A DNA stretch of 64,000 nt, taken from the NCBI RefSeq assembly GCF_006345805.1, contig NC_043001.1, forward strand, positions 103,540,001 to 103,604,000. Direction: 5' to 3'. How positions within the stretch are numbered: position 1 is the first letter of the stretch; each line of letters starts with the position of its first letter. The stretch is from Octopus sinensis (lineage: Eukaryota). The notes under the pieces were generated by a model. It was not told the origin of the DNA. It made no database searches and worked only from the letters and a program-made list of their open reading frames with translations. Made by a program: the position numbers and the translations under genes. Below are positions 13,767 through 26,998 of this stretch, in pieces.

Positions 13767-13770
<4 letters not shown>
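13213..13770 (+). mobile_element. (ATT)n-embedded element, copy 2
   Basis: GAGTGAGAGAGCAG...GCATCAGGGCATTT flanked by (ATT)n/(AGT)n. Confidence 0.8.
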
Positions 13771-13810
<40 letters not shown>

Positions 13811-13897
13811 GTATCATTATTATTATTAGTATCATTATTATTATTACTATTATTATTATTAGTATCATCATTATTATTACTATTATTATCATGAGTA

Positions 13898-13951
<54 letters not shown>

Positions 13952-13957
13952 TTATTA

Positions 13958-13993
<36 letters not shown>

Positions 13994-14088
13994 GTAGTAG
14001 TAGTAGTATCATTATTATTATTATTATTATTATTAGTAGTAGTAGTAGTATCATTATTATTATTATTATTATTGTTATTATTATTATC

Positions 14089-14132
<44 letters not shown>

Positions 14133-14135
14133 CAT
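13770..14135. repeat. (ATT)n/(AGT)n/(ATC)n compound microsatellite
   Basis: Directly visible. Confidence 0.97.
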
Positions 14136-14249
14136 TACTTAAAGCCGTGATGCCGTACCAGGTACTGGCTCTCATGGTTTCTGATCTTAACTGACTGGAA
14201 ATATTATGTATATTGTTGGCTCTTCGGAGTGTGTCTATGTGAGGAGTAG

Positions 14250-14620
14250 AGAACTGAGTGGAACCCATGGCTTTTACCGATGGTAATTAAACCCATCAGC
14301 GCTAGAGTTTTCTTAATCCATCAGCGCTATTGTCTGCGTTGGGTTGCTGGGAGTCTGTGAGATAGGAGAGGAGGTGTGGCTTGAGTCTGGACTGTGAGAT
14401 AGATGAATGTATTAAGTGGCAATGACAAAGGATGCGTGTTTCTAAAAGTCTTAGAGAAGGTGTGTTTATGAAGGAGCATGCGTATTTCTAAAACACTTGG
14501 AAGTGTGTAGACGAACATGGTGGATCTGTGTGATGCTGCAAGATTTCTGCTGGGCTTTCAAATGGTGAGATATTTTCCTCATTCCTATATTCCAGATTAT
14601 CGGAATTTAGAAACATTTTC
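14250..14620 (-). mobile_element. Possible degenerate Penelope-like element fragment
   Basis: Shares AATGACAAAGGATGCGT with 29612-29628; the minus strand has tandem GCGCTGATGG hammerhead-like remnants near 14295-14330. Confidence 0.35.
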
Positions 14621-15589
14621 ATGAAAGGTTGAAAGCGTTGCCGCCAACATTAAGCACTTCATGTGTATGTTTGTAAGTTTATCATGCCCTTCTTGAACCA
14701 CCGGGGGCTTTTCGTTTCCTGGACCTCTTTATTCTGTTTCTTGTGTCTCATAGAAGGAAGCGGTTTGAACTTTTGGTCCAGAAGGAGAGTGTGTATTTGA
14801 TCTTTCCTTCTCTCTCCCTTCAGATGGTTTTAACGGCTGACTTTTCCCAAAAGCTTCCATTAATGAAATTGTTGGAGTGTGGATAAACTATTTGAAGTCC
14901 TTGTGACATGAAAGATGATGAATGTTAAATTAGCTGAAGGTGGCCATTCATTTGTATAATTTACTTCTTTTTTTGTAGATAGAAACGTTCGTCAATTTTC
15001 TAAATTGTTATATTTTGTTTGATTTCCTGAGTTTTATTTCTCTTGTGTGTGATGTTAGTGTGATATATCTTTTAATCAGATTGATTATTTAAGTTGTGTA
15101 TTTCTGATGTCGCTTATGGAATATGTGCTTCTCTTGGTGGCAAGATGTGCCAACACTTAATTTACTAAATTTATTTACTGAAGTATCTTTGTTGTGGTCT
15201 TCTGAAATTTAATTTTGTTAGTTGCGTTGGTAGTGGATGCTTTTGAAGTTTACGAAAGCGTTTTGCTTTGTTTATTAGTGTGTGAGTGTATGTTGTGATG
15301 ATGATAAATTTGTAGTCTCAAGACAGTTTGTCATGTGGAGTTAGCGGTTAGCTAGTAACGAAAGTGCTGTTTGGTAATGTAATAGCTGTCTTTGACTTGG
15401 GTGAGGTATACAGGCGTGTGGGTGTGGCTTGCATAGGATAACAAAGACATTGTGTCATATCACCAGAATTGATTTTGTACTCGGATATGTTGTGTGCATT
15501 TCATCTCCCCTAAACTATATTGAGAAGCAGAAGTAAAAGGATAACTATTAGTCGCAGACGAATTGTGAAAGTCGATGACTATAATGTAT

Positions 15590-15816
15590 TTACATAGGGG
15601 TTTCAAATTTTGGCACAAGGCCTGCACACTCGGGAGAAAGAGGGTAAGACGATTACATGGACCCTCCAGTGCTCAACTGGTACTTATTTTTTCGATCCGA
15701 AAGGATGAAAAGCAACGTTTATCTCGGCGGAATCGGAACTCACAACGTAAAGACAAAGGAAATGCCGTTGAGCATTTTTGCACGGCACACTAACGATTCT
15801 GCCAGTTCACCGCCTT
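15590..15816 (-). mobile_element. tRNA-derived SINE family B
   Basis: Head AAGGCGGTGAACTGGCAGAATCGTTAG; homologous to 24019-24250. Confidence 0.8.
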
Positions 15817-15844
15817 AAAAGCAAGATGAAATTATTTGCACCTA

Positions 15845-16860
15845 AACATGAGATCGATAAAATAATTTAGCGCTTCCCCAAAGGGGATCGATAAAATAAG
15901 TTAGCGGTTCACCAAAGGAGATCGATAAAATAACGTAACGGTACGCCAAAGGTGATCGATAAAATAAGTGAGCGGTTCGCAAACGTGATCGACAAAATAA
16001 CTTAGCAGTTCGCCAAAGGTGATCGACAAAACAACTTAGCGGTTCGCCAAAGTAGATCGATAAAAATAACATGGCGGTATGCCAACAGAGATCAATAAAA
16101 TAATGTTGCGGTTCGCCAAACATGATCGATAAAATAACTTAGCGGTTCGCCAAAGAGGAACTAAGCGGTTCGGCAAAGAGATGGATAAATTAACATAGCG
16201 GTGTGCCAAAGGAGATCGATAAAATAATCTCGCGGTTCATCAAACAAGATCGGTAAAATAGCTTTGTGGTTCGCCAATCGAAATCGATAAAATGACTTAG
16301 CGGTTCGCCATAGGAGATAGATAGATAAAATAAATTACTGGTTCGGCAGAGGCTATCGATTAAACAACTTAGAGGTTCGACAAACGAGATCGATAAAATG
16401 ACTTAGCAGTTCGACAAACGATATCGATAACATGACATAGCGGTTCGGCAAACGTGATCGATAAATTGACTTAGTGGTTCGACAAACGAGATCAATAAAA
16501 TGACTTAGCGGCTCGCCAAACGAAATCGGCAAAATGACTTAGCGGTTCGCCAATGGTGATCGATAAAATGACTTAGCGTTTCGGCAAACAAATGGATAAA
16601 ATGACATAGCGGTTCGCCAAAGGGATCGATAAAATAACCTAGCGGTTCACCAAGCAGGTTCGATAAAATGAACTAGCGGTTCGCCAAATGAGATCGATAA
16701 ATTGACCTAGCGGTTCGACAAACAGGATCGATAAAATGACAGCGGTTCGACAAATGGGATCGATAAAATGACACCGCGGTTCACCAAAGGAGAGCGATAA
16801 AATGACACCTAGCTGTTCGCCAAAGTGGTCGACCTAGCGGTTCGACCACTTTGGCGATCT
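15845..16860. repeat. 34-bp minisatellite, about 29-30 diverged copies (consensus TAACTTAGCGGTTCGCCAAAGGAGATCGATAAAA)
   Basis: Periodic GATCGATAAAA...AGCGGTTCG; units abut with no unique spacers. Confidence 0.95.
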
Positions 16861-17347
16861 CGTTTGATGAGAAACGTTTGGAGAAACGCAGACGTTTCAC
16901 AATAATCAGTTTGTAGTTGCTACTGTCACTGGTATTTAGCCGAAGGCCTATAGTTTACTTTATTTTTCGATACTTTGCTGAGACGTTTCTGCTAAACGTT
17001 AATTATGATGTATTTCTAACCACAATTCTGACAAAAACATTGATCCTGTTTGTATTTGACTATTAATGGTGTTTATACATTTATCATAATTATTCAGTTC
17101 TACTTTGATCCAATCATTTACCAGACAATGAATGACGTCAGTATAGTTGCGAGATATCATATGAGATGTAAAAAATAAAAAAAAACACATAACGAAATAA
17201 CTGCCAACATTAAACTGAATACACAGTGAAGTCTACACACAGTCAGTCATACAAGAACGAGTGATTTGGAGGTTTATAATGGCGGTATGGCTTTCTTGAT
17301 ACCAGGAACAACACTAACAACAATACACGTAGAGCAGCAACAACAGT

Positions 17348-17710
17348 GGAGGCGCAATGGCCCAATGGTTAGGGCAGCGGACTCGCGGTTTCGATTCCCA
17401 GACCGGGCGTTGTGTGAGTTTATTGAGCGAAAACACCTAAAGCTCCACGAGGCTCCAGCAGGGGGTGGTGGCGACCCCTGTTGTAGTCTTTCGCCCCAAC
17501 TTTCTCTCGCTCTTTCTTCCTGTTTCTTGTCCCCGACTTCCTATGCAACCGCTGAGCCTGTATGCACATTCATCCATCCGTCGATGCTCTCGGTGTCGGG
17601 GGTTGACCTGCTTTCTCTTCTGCGGGTCTTACGAAGAGCAAAGGACCACGTTTCGGACTTCTCCCATGTTGCGAGCTCTGGGACGAAGACCGTTCGCTCA
17701 ACACCAACAG
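17348..17710 (+). mobile_element. tRNA-derived SINE family C
   Basis: A box TGGCCCAATGG and B box GGTTTCGATTCC, then AAAACACCTAAAGCTCCACGAGGCTCC, which is shared with 31483-31640 and 59987-60160. Confidence 0.8.
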
Positions 17711-17915
17711 CAGCAGCAAGAACAGTAACAGTAATAAAAACAACATTACTGATAACAACAACATTGACAATGATTAGCAGAAACCAAGAGAGAAATACTG
17801 CAGCGAGAAAAGAGCGAACCCCGCCTAATACGCTCAATGTATTAACAATATTACGAAGTTCGCCACCAGCTACGATGGCGTACATGGCTGAGTTGGAAGG
17901 TTTTATGACAAACAT

Positions 17916-18410
17916 AGGTGCAGTAGTGGCTGTGTGGTAAGAAGCTTGCTTCCAAAGCACATGGTTCCGGGCTCAGTTCCACTGCGTGGCACCTTGGACA
18001 AGTGTCTTCTACTATAGCCTCGGACCGACCAAAGCCTTGTGAGTGGATTTGGTAGACGGAAACTGAAAGAAGCCCGTCGTATATATGCATATATATATAT
18101 ATGTGCATACGTATGTATGTATTTGTGAGTCTGTGTTTGTCTCCTTACCATCGCTTGACAACCGATGTTGGTGTGTTTATGTCCCCGTAAACTAGCGGTC
18201 CGGCAAAAAAGACCGACAGAATAAGTACTAGGCTTATAAAGAATAAGTCATGGAGTCGATTAGATCGACCACAGTACGCAACTGGTACTTATTTTATCGA
18301 TCCCGAAAAGATGAAAGGCAAAGTCGACCTCGGCGAAATTTGAACACAGAACGTAAAGACAGACGAAATATCGCTAAGCATTTCGCCCGGCGTGCCAACG
18401 ATTCTGCCAA
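17916..18410. mobile_element. Chimeric SINE: family A (+, 17916-~18260) fused tail-to-tail to family B (-, ~18255-18410)
   Basis: Family A sequence up to GGAGTCGAT continues as the family B reverse strand ATCGACC...AACTGGTACTT...GATTCTGCCA. Confidence 0.75.
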
Positions 18411-18857
18411 ATGTAGTAATATATTGATAGTAATTAGGACATCGATCTGAAGGAGACGAAAGAAAGTCAAATTGGTGGAATTTCAACAAAGAAAGAACGA
18501 AGGGAACAATATTAAATTTAATAGCAAATTTTCCCCATCTCTCCTCTGTTGCAGTCAAGTATTTCCCTTGTTCAGGTGAATATTTGTATTGTCATTGCAT
18601 CGGTTACGATGACAGAGAGAATAAAGCGTCGCATTACAGGCTTTGTGGAAGCGAATCCCATTCGTGATTGATCTTTCACTAAGGAATTACATATCATGTC
18701 AATCCTTATAAAGTTGGATTTGTACCTCATGGAATTGAATTAATATCTGCAGAAAGCATCAGCAATTAAAGCAACACAGTCCGGAATCGTTTGCACCAAG
18801 GGAAAACAGCCATGTTTAGGATTTCTATTAAGTCATATACAAGATATAATACTTTAC

Positions 18858-19034
18858 CTGAGTTGGGTGTTGAGGGGATGTGATGCTCCTGTGCGGAGGT
18901 AAGTGTAATGGGCCTAGGCTGCCATTTAATATATTAGAGCGTGCTTGCAATGTAGAAGAAAAGAATTCGGTAACTATATCATTGTTTACTTCATCTGCCA
19001 GTAACGGTTGAGCATCAGATTGGCAGTCAGTTGT
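18858..19034 (-). CDS. Internal coding exon (TTDCQSDAQPLLADEVNNDIVTEFFSSTLQARSNILNGSLGPLHLPPHRSITSPQHPTQ)
   Basis: Acceptor TTTTGTTTATTTTTCAG, donor CAG|GTAAAG, 177 nt = 59 codons, open, phase 0-0. Confidence 0.72.
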
Positions 19035-21412
19035 CTGAAAAATAAACAAAATCGAAAGCAAAAATTAGATACGTTGGAAATAATTGTTATTTAGCACAAC
19101 ACAGCTTTTGTGAATGTGCCTTTAGTTGCTATGGCACAACACTGCTATTGGTGTTCTGAAAATTCAATGGCTTAATGAAGAAACCTTTTTGTAATTCATA
19201 TCATTTAAGTCTGTAAGCTAAAAATATATTAAAAGAAGCAATAAAATATAGAATTAAATACAGTGAAGTATTAAGTTCCTGCCTTCGAAGCTCTGAGTTA
19301 AAACTAAAAAATTGCTTAACTTTGTTTGCTATTTGTATTGCTTCAGTAGAATAATTGAAAACAGTGAAGTCACGTTGATACACTCGACTTTACGTTGTTC
19401 GCTACAAAACCTGGAATAATTTTAATCGTGATTGTCACCAGAAAGCCAAGTCTTAGTAAGCTGGTCTTGTGAAGTGGGTTCAATAGAACCACTTATAGTC
19501 ATTTAATTTTCCATATGTTGCCAAATGCTCTTGGAGAAGGTACAAACGGCTTTACAACTTATTTCTCTCACCCCTATTAATGTGATAGCTACAAATGTAA
19601 AATATATTTACAAAAGTGTTTGAAAGAATTTCTATACAAACATTTCACTCATCCGATCATTGTAGAGAAACTAGAGAATGGTCGATTTTCTGCTTTTAAC
19701 TCAGCACAAGTACTTTTGATAAACCTGAATCCGAAATGACCCACAGAACTTATCCATAGCATCTATATAAGTACCCAAGCGCTGGGAGTGTACGAAAATT
19801 ATTTTCGTAGTACTGGGAGAGACAATATTTACTGTAGATTAACTTTCGCAGTTAAATAACATTTTCACCAGCGTACGGAGAGAAGAAATAATTTGTTACA
19901 GTCAAATAATCTTGCTATTCATCTGTGAAATAATTTTGCTATTTATCTCCAATGAAACGCAGCGTAAAATTCCTCTGAGTGTGGCATAAAACAAAAAATA
20001 AAAATAAAATAGCCAAAATAAAAGATGTTCTTTGCTAATCTTTGCGAAAACTAGCTTTAGTTCTGGCGCTTAAAACACTCGGCAATTGTCTCTTTTTGAA
20101 TAACATCAATGAGTTATAATGATATTCTTTGCCAAAACACAAGACTTGTTAATTAGATGATGAGATGTGCTCAACTAGACAGCTGTCGGCTTATTATTGT
20201 CGGTGTATTTTCTTATTATTTTCACAGGTGTGAAAAGTGAAATGATTCTTTGACAGTTAAGCTGCCTTCTAACGAACAGTGGATGGAAAACCCAAAGAAC
20301 CGGTGGGAATTTTAGTTCTGTCTGATGCAGTTGTATGGGAAATTACTTGACACAAGCTATACTTTGTTTTTAAAGTTAATTTCATTTACTTAGATAGGAA
20401 GCAAAAGTTTCATAGGAAAAAAAAATACAACATAGAGCTAAATATACAGTTCGTTACTAATTTTTGACATCGAACGATCTGTGTTAAAAAAAAAACAGAA
20501 AAGGGCAGAGGCCAGGGTGAATGAGGCTAGGTATGAATAAAGACATGAACCAGTACATTAAATGATATTACCTGAAACTCTATGGTGATAAAAGTTCAGT
20601 TGCAGCCGCCAAATCCATCTGCAATTGGCGATGCTGAGTAATGGTGGCTGTTGTTGCTTTATTTGCAGTAAATTACGCAGATATTTCTTGAGGAGAAAAG
20701 TAGGGTTTTTTTTTGTTACTTTTATATAGTTGTTATTTTATATCACGAGTTGGGAACTTGCGCTCGTTTAATAGTCTAGGTGCAGCTTGCTGAAAGAATT
20801 ACAACGCTTGAGGGAAAATAATGTACTGGAATGTATTTTTAATTTAATATATATGTAACTCTTTATAATTTAATATATATGTAACACGAAGTGGGTATCT
20901 TCGGAAAGAAACCATTTATCGTCATTCATACTAATAAGTAATTACTTTCGGAAAATGTAAATGTGAACTGTAACTTAGCACACGCATTTATCACAAACCT
21001 TTATCGCCATTTATACCCATTTAGAGATGACTGTGATAGCTTTATATTAAAATAAGCTTTTAAAGCATTTAGGTTACCTGATAAAATTCGTCCATATCAA
21101 TTTTATCAATAATTATGTTTTATAAAACAGTTCAGTTTAAGTATAAAATATATGTTATACATATTCTAATGTGATATTTTCAGATGGCATTTAACTTCAA
21201 TGCTGCCTTCGAACATCTGTTTGAAATTCATATAATATTGGTGTCATGAGACCAGGATTTTGTATCCAGGAGTTATTTCCACAGACTTGTGGTTTTAGAT
21301 GAATAACGATATGCTGAGAATATTGATCAAGTTACTATTTTGCCATTGCTGCAATTTAAGATCAGAAGTGGAAGACCGGCTGCAGTGTGTGGGAGGTGGA
21401 TACGTTTGAGGG

Positions 21413-21560
21413 GGGGGGGTCGACTTTGCCTTTTATCCTTTCGGGGTTGATGAATTAAGTACCAGTTACGCACTGTGGTCGAAGTAATCGACTTAATCCG
21501 TTTGTCTGTCTTTGTTTGTCCCCTCTGTGTTTAGCCCCTTGTGGGTAGTAAAGAAATAGT
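21413..21560 (+). mobile_element. 5'-truncated SINE family B with 16-bp target-site duplication
   Basis: TGGATACGTTTGAGGG at 21397-21412 and 21561-21576; a G-run at the 5' junction. Confidence 0.85.
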
Positions 21561-24018
21561 TGGATACGTTTGAGGGAAAATGCTTATTCTGAAAGATATT
21601 TTTGTTGATGAAATTTTATTTATTGTCCATTTTTTCAGTTAATTAGCAACTAATTACAACTATTAATACTTCTCCATTTACTCTTGTATTTGCTTTTGGC
21701 CAATGTAAGTGTAAAATGTAGCTCAGGCTAAGCATTGAGTTATTGCCACGTGAGTCTCCTCTAAAGACAACCGTTGCGACTTTTATATTTAAGCATATCC
21801 TGTCCGGACAAAAGTTACTTCTAAACATGTAGGGGACGGGTTCTAAGGTTCTAATATTTTACATTTTATTTTATAACCGCGGTTTAAAAGTAGTAGCATG
21901 AAATATAGTGTAATGCAGCTTGGTCGTGGTCAGAAGGCATTTAACTTCAATGTGGCCTTCCAACAGGAAAAAATTTCCACGCCTCTGCTCTATCATAATT
22001 ATACTTGTCTTCATTTCATGATTATTATCCAGTTGTTTGTACAGTATTACAATTGAAATTTGAGAATAAAACCTGGTTCGGGTCAACTATGGCAGATAAA
22101 CGTTTATCTGGATTCTGAGTGATGAGTGTCCATCGAGAAAATGTATTTTAAGATCAAACAGAGACTCACTTAAAAAGTGATTGATTGGTTCACATGAACT
22201 CATTCAAAAAGTGATTGATACACTGGGACAAAACACAAGACATTTACAGTTTTCATTCCATATTTCTCTTTTATAAACAGAAAACTGATTATAATAAAGC
22301 ATGTATTTTTTTCTTTGTTTTGTGAATCTATAATTTTACGTCGTGCGTCTTTTGAATTTTGCCAACAAGAAATAGTGCGAACTTCCTCTCTAGTTCACAC
22401 CTACGCAAACCAGCCGAGTACTCTGATCAGGAATATCACTTTTACCATTAATTTTAGAATTCAGTTCTTCCATTTTACACTCCAGAATCAGCAAGACGTT
22501 GGCATGTCACGTTATCTTTTAATGAATCATCCAATATTCTTCTGTTCAACAGGAATATGTTATCTTTCATATAATATTTTTTATTCATGTTTTCTAAATT
22601 ACAAAACTACTATCCAAATAGCAGTTTCTATATATGTCGATCAATAGTCGGTATATATATTATATGTGCACACACACAGACACTGGTGTTTTTATTTATT
22701 ATTTGTTATTCTGTTTGGCAATTTAAAAGTAATTTTAAACATTCTTGTTGCCTGGTTTATCTCAAAAATAATTATGTAGCTCGATATTCAAAACCAGGAA
22801 TATATTACTTACAGTTAAATACGAAGAATATTCAAAAGCAGTGACATGAAGATTAACTGTGTTAATCTCTATGTCACTGAATTATTTCTTCTGTGTAAAT
22901 AAAATACATTTTGTCTTCTTTATTTGATACTAATTTAGGTTTTGTATTGCTATGTATACATTTTTCATGATATTGAACACAATACATTTTGAATTTGAAG
23001 GAATGTTAGTGTTATCACTGTACACAACCTTTGATACATTTGGATAAATTAGAAGCAATTTAACCTATATTTAACTGGAAAAAATTAGAACTGTCATTAA
23101 AATCTTAAGACATACTCATGTTTATAAACCATGCGTATAATGATGACTATAGCATGCATAGTGACATGGTTCCAAGTAAGATTTGTTATTCACATTTAAC
23201 CTTTATTATAAGTTTATTTAGATGTCTGCATGCAATGGGTAAGGTTTAAATATATTCTGCTATAGTTGAGTTCTCATAATCTTTAACATTCTGCTTACGA
23301 AAGCAAAGTAGCTATACTATCATCATCTATTATATATAATGGTGCAGCACAAATATTTTATGTAATTTCAAATTTAATGTTTTCACATAAAAATATTCAT
23401 TAATTTGATTATTAGATTTAGCAAGTCTGCAGTAATAAACTTCAACTTTTAACCGCGATTTCATTATTAATGGTCGCAATTGATAAATAGTTGCTTATTA
23501 ATTATTTAAATGCTAAATAATATTCAAAAATTCATTCCATTTTACACCAAAAATGTTTCTGAAATAAGACTAATATAATTTTTTTCTCACAAGTGAACTA
23601 CATCGTACAACCAGCTCGGATATTATAGGCGTTGGGGGTCATTGGGCTCCTTGGCCGAACTACTCCAAATGAGGAATATGTTAATTTTAATTTGCGCTCT
23701 GAACCTTGGAAAACTTACAGCTGAAGCCCTTGCTTCTACAGTATTTTAAGTGAGAACAACCGATTCACTAGATTTTAAACATAGAAAATATTCACTTATT
23801 ATTGCGCTCTCTTCAGTTTAAATATTCAAAATGCACACCACACATCTCCCAAAAAAGAAAAGTAAGAAAAGATTGTTTAAGGATTTCGGGTTTCACCAAG
23901 AATTACATTTCAGTTTTGGTAGTCATTATTATGAAGAATACCGAGATTAAACTTATTCTGATGAAAACAATTAAGGCGACGAACTGGCAGACTCGTTAGA
24001 ACGTTGGAAAAGAATATC

Positions 24019-24250
24019 TTTTTTTTCTTTATTGCCCACAGGGGGCTAAACATAGAGAAGACAAACAAGGACAAAGAAATTAAGTCGATTACATCGACCC
24101 CAGTGCGTAACTGGTACTTAATTTATTGATTCCGAAAGGATGAAAGACAAAGTCGACCTCGGCGGAATTTGAACTCAGAGCCTAACGGCAGACGAAATAA
24201 CGATAAGCATTTAGCCCGGCGTACTAACGATTCTGCCAGCTCGCTCCCCT
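24019..24250 (-). mobile_element. Full-length SINE family B with 18-bp target-site duplication
   Basis: ACGTTGGAAAAGAATATC at 24001-24018 and 24251-24268; B box GAGTTCAAATTCC. Confidence 0.9.
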
Positions 24251-24833
24251 ACGTTGGAAAAGAATATCGTCGTATATCTTCGCTCTTTATAATCTGAGTT
24301 CAAATCCAATAGCGGTCATTTTTGAATTTCATCTATCGTGGATCATTAAAATAAAGTACCGATGCATTACTGGAGTCTATAGTTTCAACTAGTTCTCCTC
24401 CCCCCAAAATTGCTGGTGTTGGGCCTGAATAAAAAAAATTGAAAAATGTTAAATTGGTTATATGATGCAAATATTATAACATCACGTAAAATCCTACACA
24501 TATTAACTGACATCTCTTTACGTTCGCGGTTGAAGCCCCACCAACCATAGCCGATTTTGCTTTACTTTCTTCTGGACTCAAAGAGCATGTCAAATTCTAT
24601 AGGGGATCCGTTCGGTTATACAACCTCACCGAGATATTTATGGCAATGTGCCACTATAAAAGTTTATCATTACATTGGCATAAGATCTGCGCATGAAATC
24701 GAGTTGAAGGCTTTCTATATTATATGTGACCCCATCTCCACATTCTATTTCACGCCACTGATGCAGTTTACGTGTTTGAGGATTGTATTAATCTACAAAC
24801 TCTTATTTCCCTTTCTTTATATATATATATATA

Positions 24834-24878
<45 letters not shown>

Positions 24879-24904
24879 ATGTATATATATGTATATATAT
24901 AATG

Positions 24905-24962
<58 letters not shown>

Positions 24963-25004
24963 GTAACAACAAAAGAATGGAACCTCGATATTAGGTAAAT
25001 AGAG

Positions 25005-25053
<49 letters not shown>

Positions 25054-25336
25054 TATGTATGTATGTATGTATGTATGTATAATCTAGGACAATCAGTAAG
25101 TTATCATTCAAGTACTCGGAGCTTCGAATATCGAAACTAAGATTTACGATACATTCTCGTAGGCTATTAATGTCAATAGACACTAAGAAAAACCGTAGAG
25201 TAAAAGGAAATTATTCTTATAGGTAGAAAAAGAAAGATAAAAGATATAAAATACACGCAACCATATTCTCACAATACATAGTCATAAAACCTCCTGCGTT
25301 CATAATGTCTACATACGTACACATTCACACAATCAT

Positions 25337-25404
<68 letters not shown>

Positions 25405-25408
<4 letters not shown>

Positions 25409-25710
25409 ATGTCTATATCACGTGATCGACCAAACTATCGGATGTTGTCATACATCGCTGATCACAATGTGCTTTGTAACATTTTAGCTTGGGAATGATG
25501 CCACCTCGCTGGCAAGGTGAGTACAGGTCAACATTTCCTCTGATCGGAAGTTTAGACCTTTGCAGTGTTATTTGTTCACTGCTGACTGGACTGGAACCAA
25601 GTGAAAAGAAGTGTTTTGCTCAAGAGCACAACGTGCAGCCGGTCCGGGATCGAAATCATGATCCCACGTTCGCGAATGCAATACCCTAACGACAAGGCCA
25701 CGCGCCTTCA
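25405..25710 (-). mobile_element. tRNA-derived SINE family D (central TTGTGCTCTTGAGCAAAACAC, CORE/V-like)
   Basis: A/B-box-like head at 25650-25710; related sequence at 34160-34270, 47530-47830 and 56050-56310. Confidence 0.7.
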
Positions 25711-26879
25711 TACACACATACACGCAAACACACACACACGTGCATGTGTTGACATTTATATAAACAAAATCTACCAATAAAGCAACTTTTCAACTACAAT
25801 TATTTATGTATCTATTGGAGTTAGTATTATTAACATTTCTAGATGACTTTGGAAATCATTTGACACCGACCATCTCAGCGTTCACCTCCTTGAATCTACC
25901 ATTATATCTATCAGATCGAAAAACATGGTCACTCGAGTTGATTGCATCGGATTTTATCTCCTAAAACGTGTGTTAGAAGTCGGCGTTATTTGATATCACA
26001 TTCTTACTCTATTTTGTAAGAAAGGCAAAATATAGAAAAATCTCTAATAGGATTAGCAACAAGCAGACAGTTTTAATAGCATCACTTACGCCAGTCAATC
26101 TACTCTATGTATGTTATCAACAACTAAGCATGGATCTTTTAACTTCTTCTTAAAGACATTCCTACGAACATCACTCTTGTTTAAATACTTAAGAAATGAA
26201 ATACAAAGAAGATTGGGTTTCCGCTATTTTCCGCTCTCAGCGGACGGAAACCGCATCACTTCATTCATGTAGCTAATGTATTTTATTTAGACTTGCATGA
26301 ACATCACTACTTCTTTCTAAGACTTTTATTTCATATGATCACAGTTTTGATGCTTGTGCACAATAAATGAATAAAAAAATAAATAGTTCACATTAACCAA
26401 TAACATGTTTCGATCCCAGTTTCCGTTCCAATTTGGCATTTATTGTCATCAGATATCTTTCGTCTCTGCTGAGCTAATAAAATATCCTAAATACAACACA
26501 GAGGAGTCTAGCCTCCAAAGGACCGTTTTGTTGTTTACTTCAAATCAGCCCTGATATAGTCGATATCGATCAGTTTACAGCCATGAGTCATGCATTCATA
26601 GTACCACCTCATCTAATGTGACCCCGCACTTATTAAGATGGCAGACTTGAGAGATATTTGACTACTTTTTGCAGCAGATCTGGGTAGAGAAGAAAGGCTC
26701 TCAGCTTCAGGCCAGTTCCATTTAAGTATGTGTCAATGGTTCTACTGTTTTATTAGACTTGGAGTTTAAAGAAAAAATGATGCGTTCACGCAAGTTATGT
26801 TTTAAGTCAACTTGTATTAAGTTAGAATTGAAAACAGAGATCACTCCCGACTCATTAGGGGCTGATCATTGCTTTATGG

Positions 26880-26920
<41 letters not shown>

Positions 26921-26963
26921 GTCTATCTATGTATCTATCTATCTGTCTGTCTGTCTGTCTGTA

Positions 26964-26998
<35 letters not shown>

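Noticed and set aside
15845-16860. CRISPR-like array
   Set aside because: Units abut without unique spacers, there are no cas genes, the context is eukaryotic, and the unit derives from a SINE.
17348-17410. tRNA genes (also 31483, 47530, 59987)
   Set aside because: A/B boxes run into SINE bodies repeated in the window, and I could not build a complete cloverleaf.
17266-17940. 224-aa ORF
   Set aside because: It spans SINE C and simple repeats and has no protein-like features.
20570-20685. Possible minus exon KYLRNLLQ...HHRVS
   Set aside because: AAG acceptor, and a phase-1 end incompatible with the next exon at 19034.
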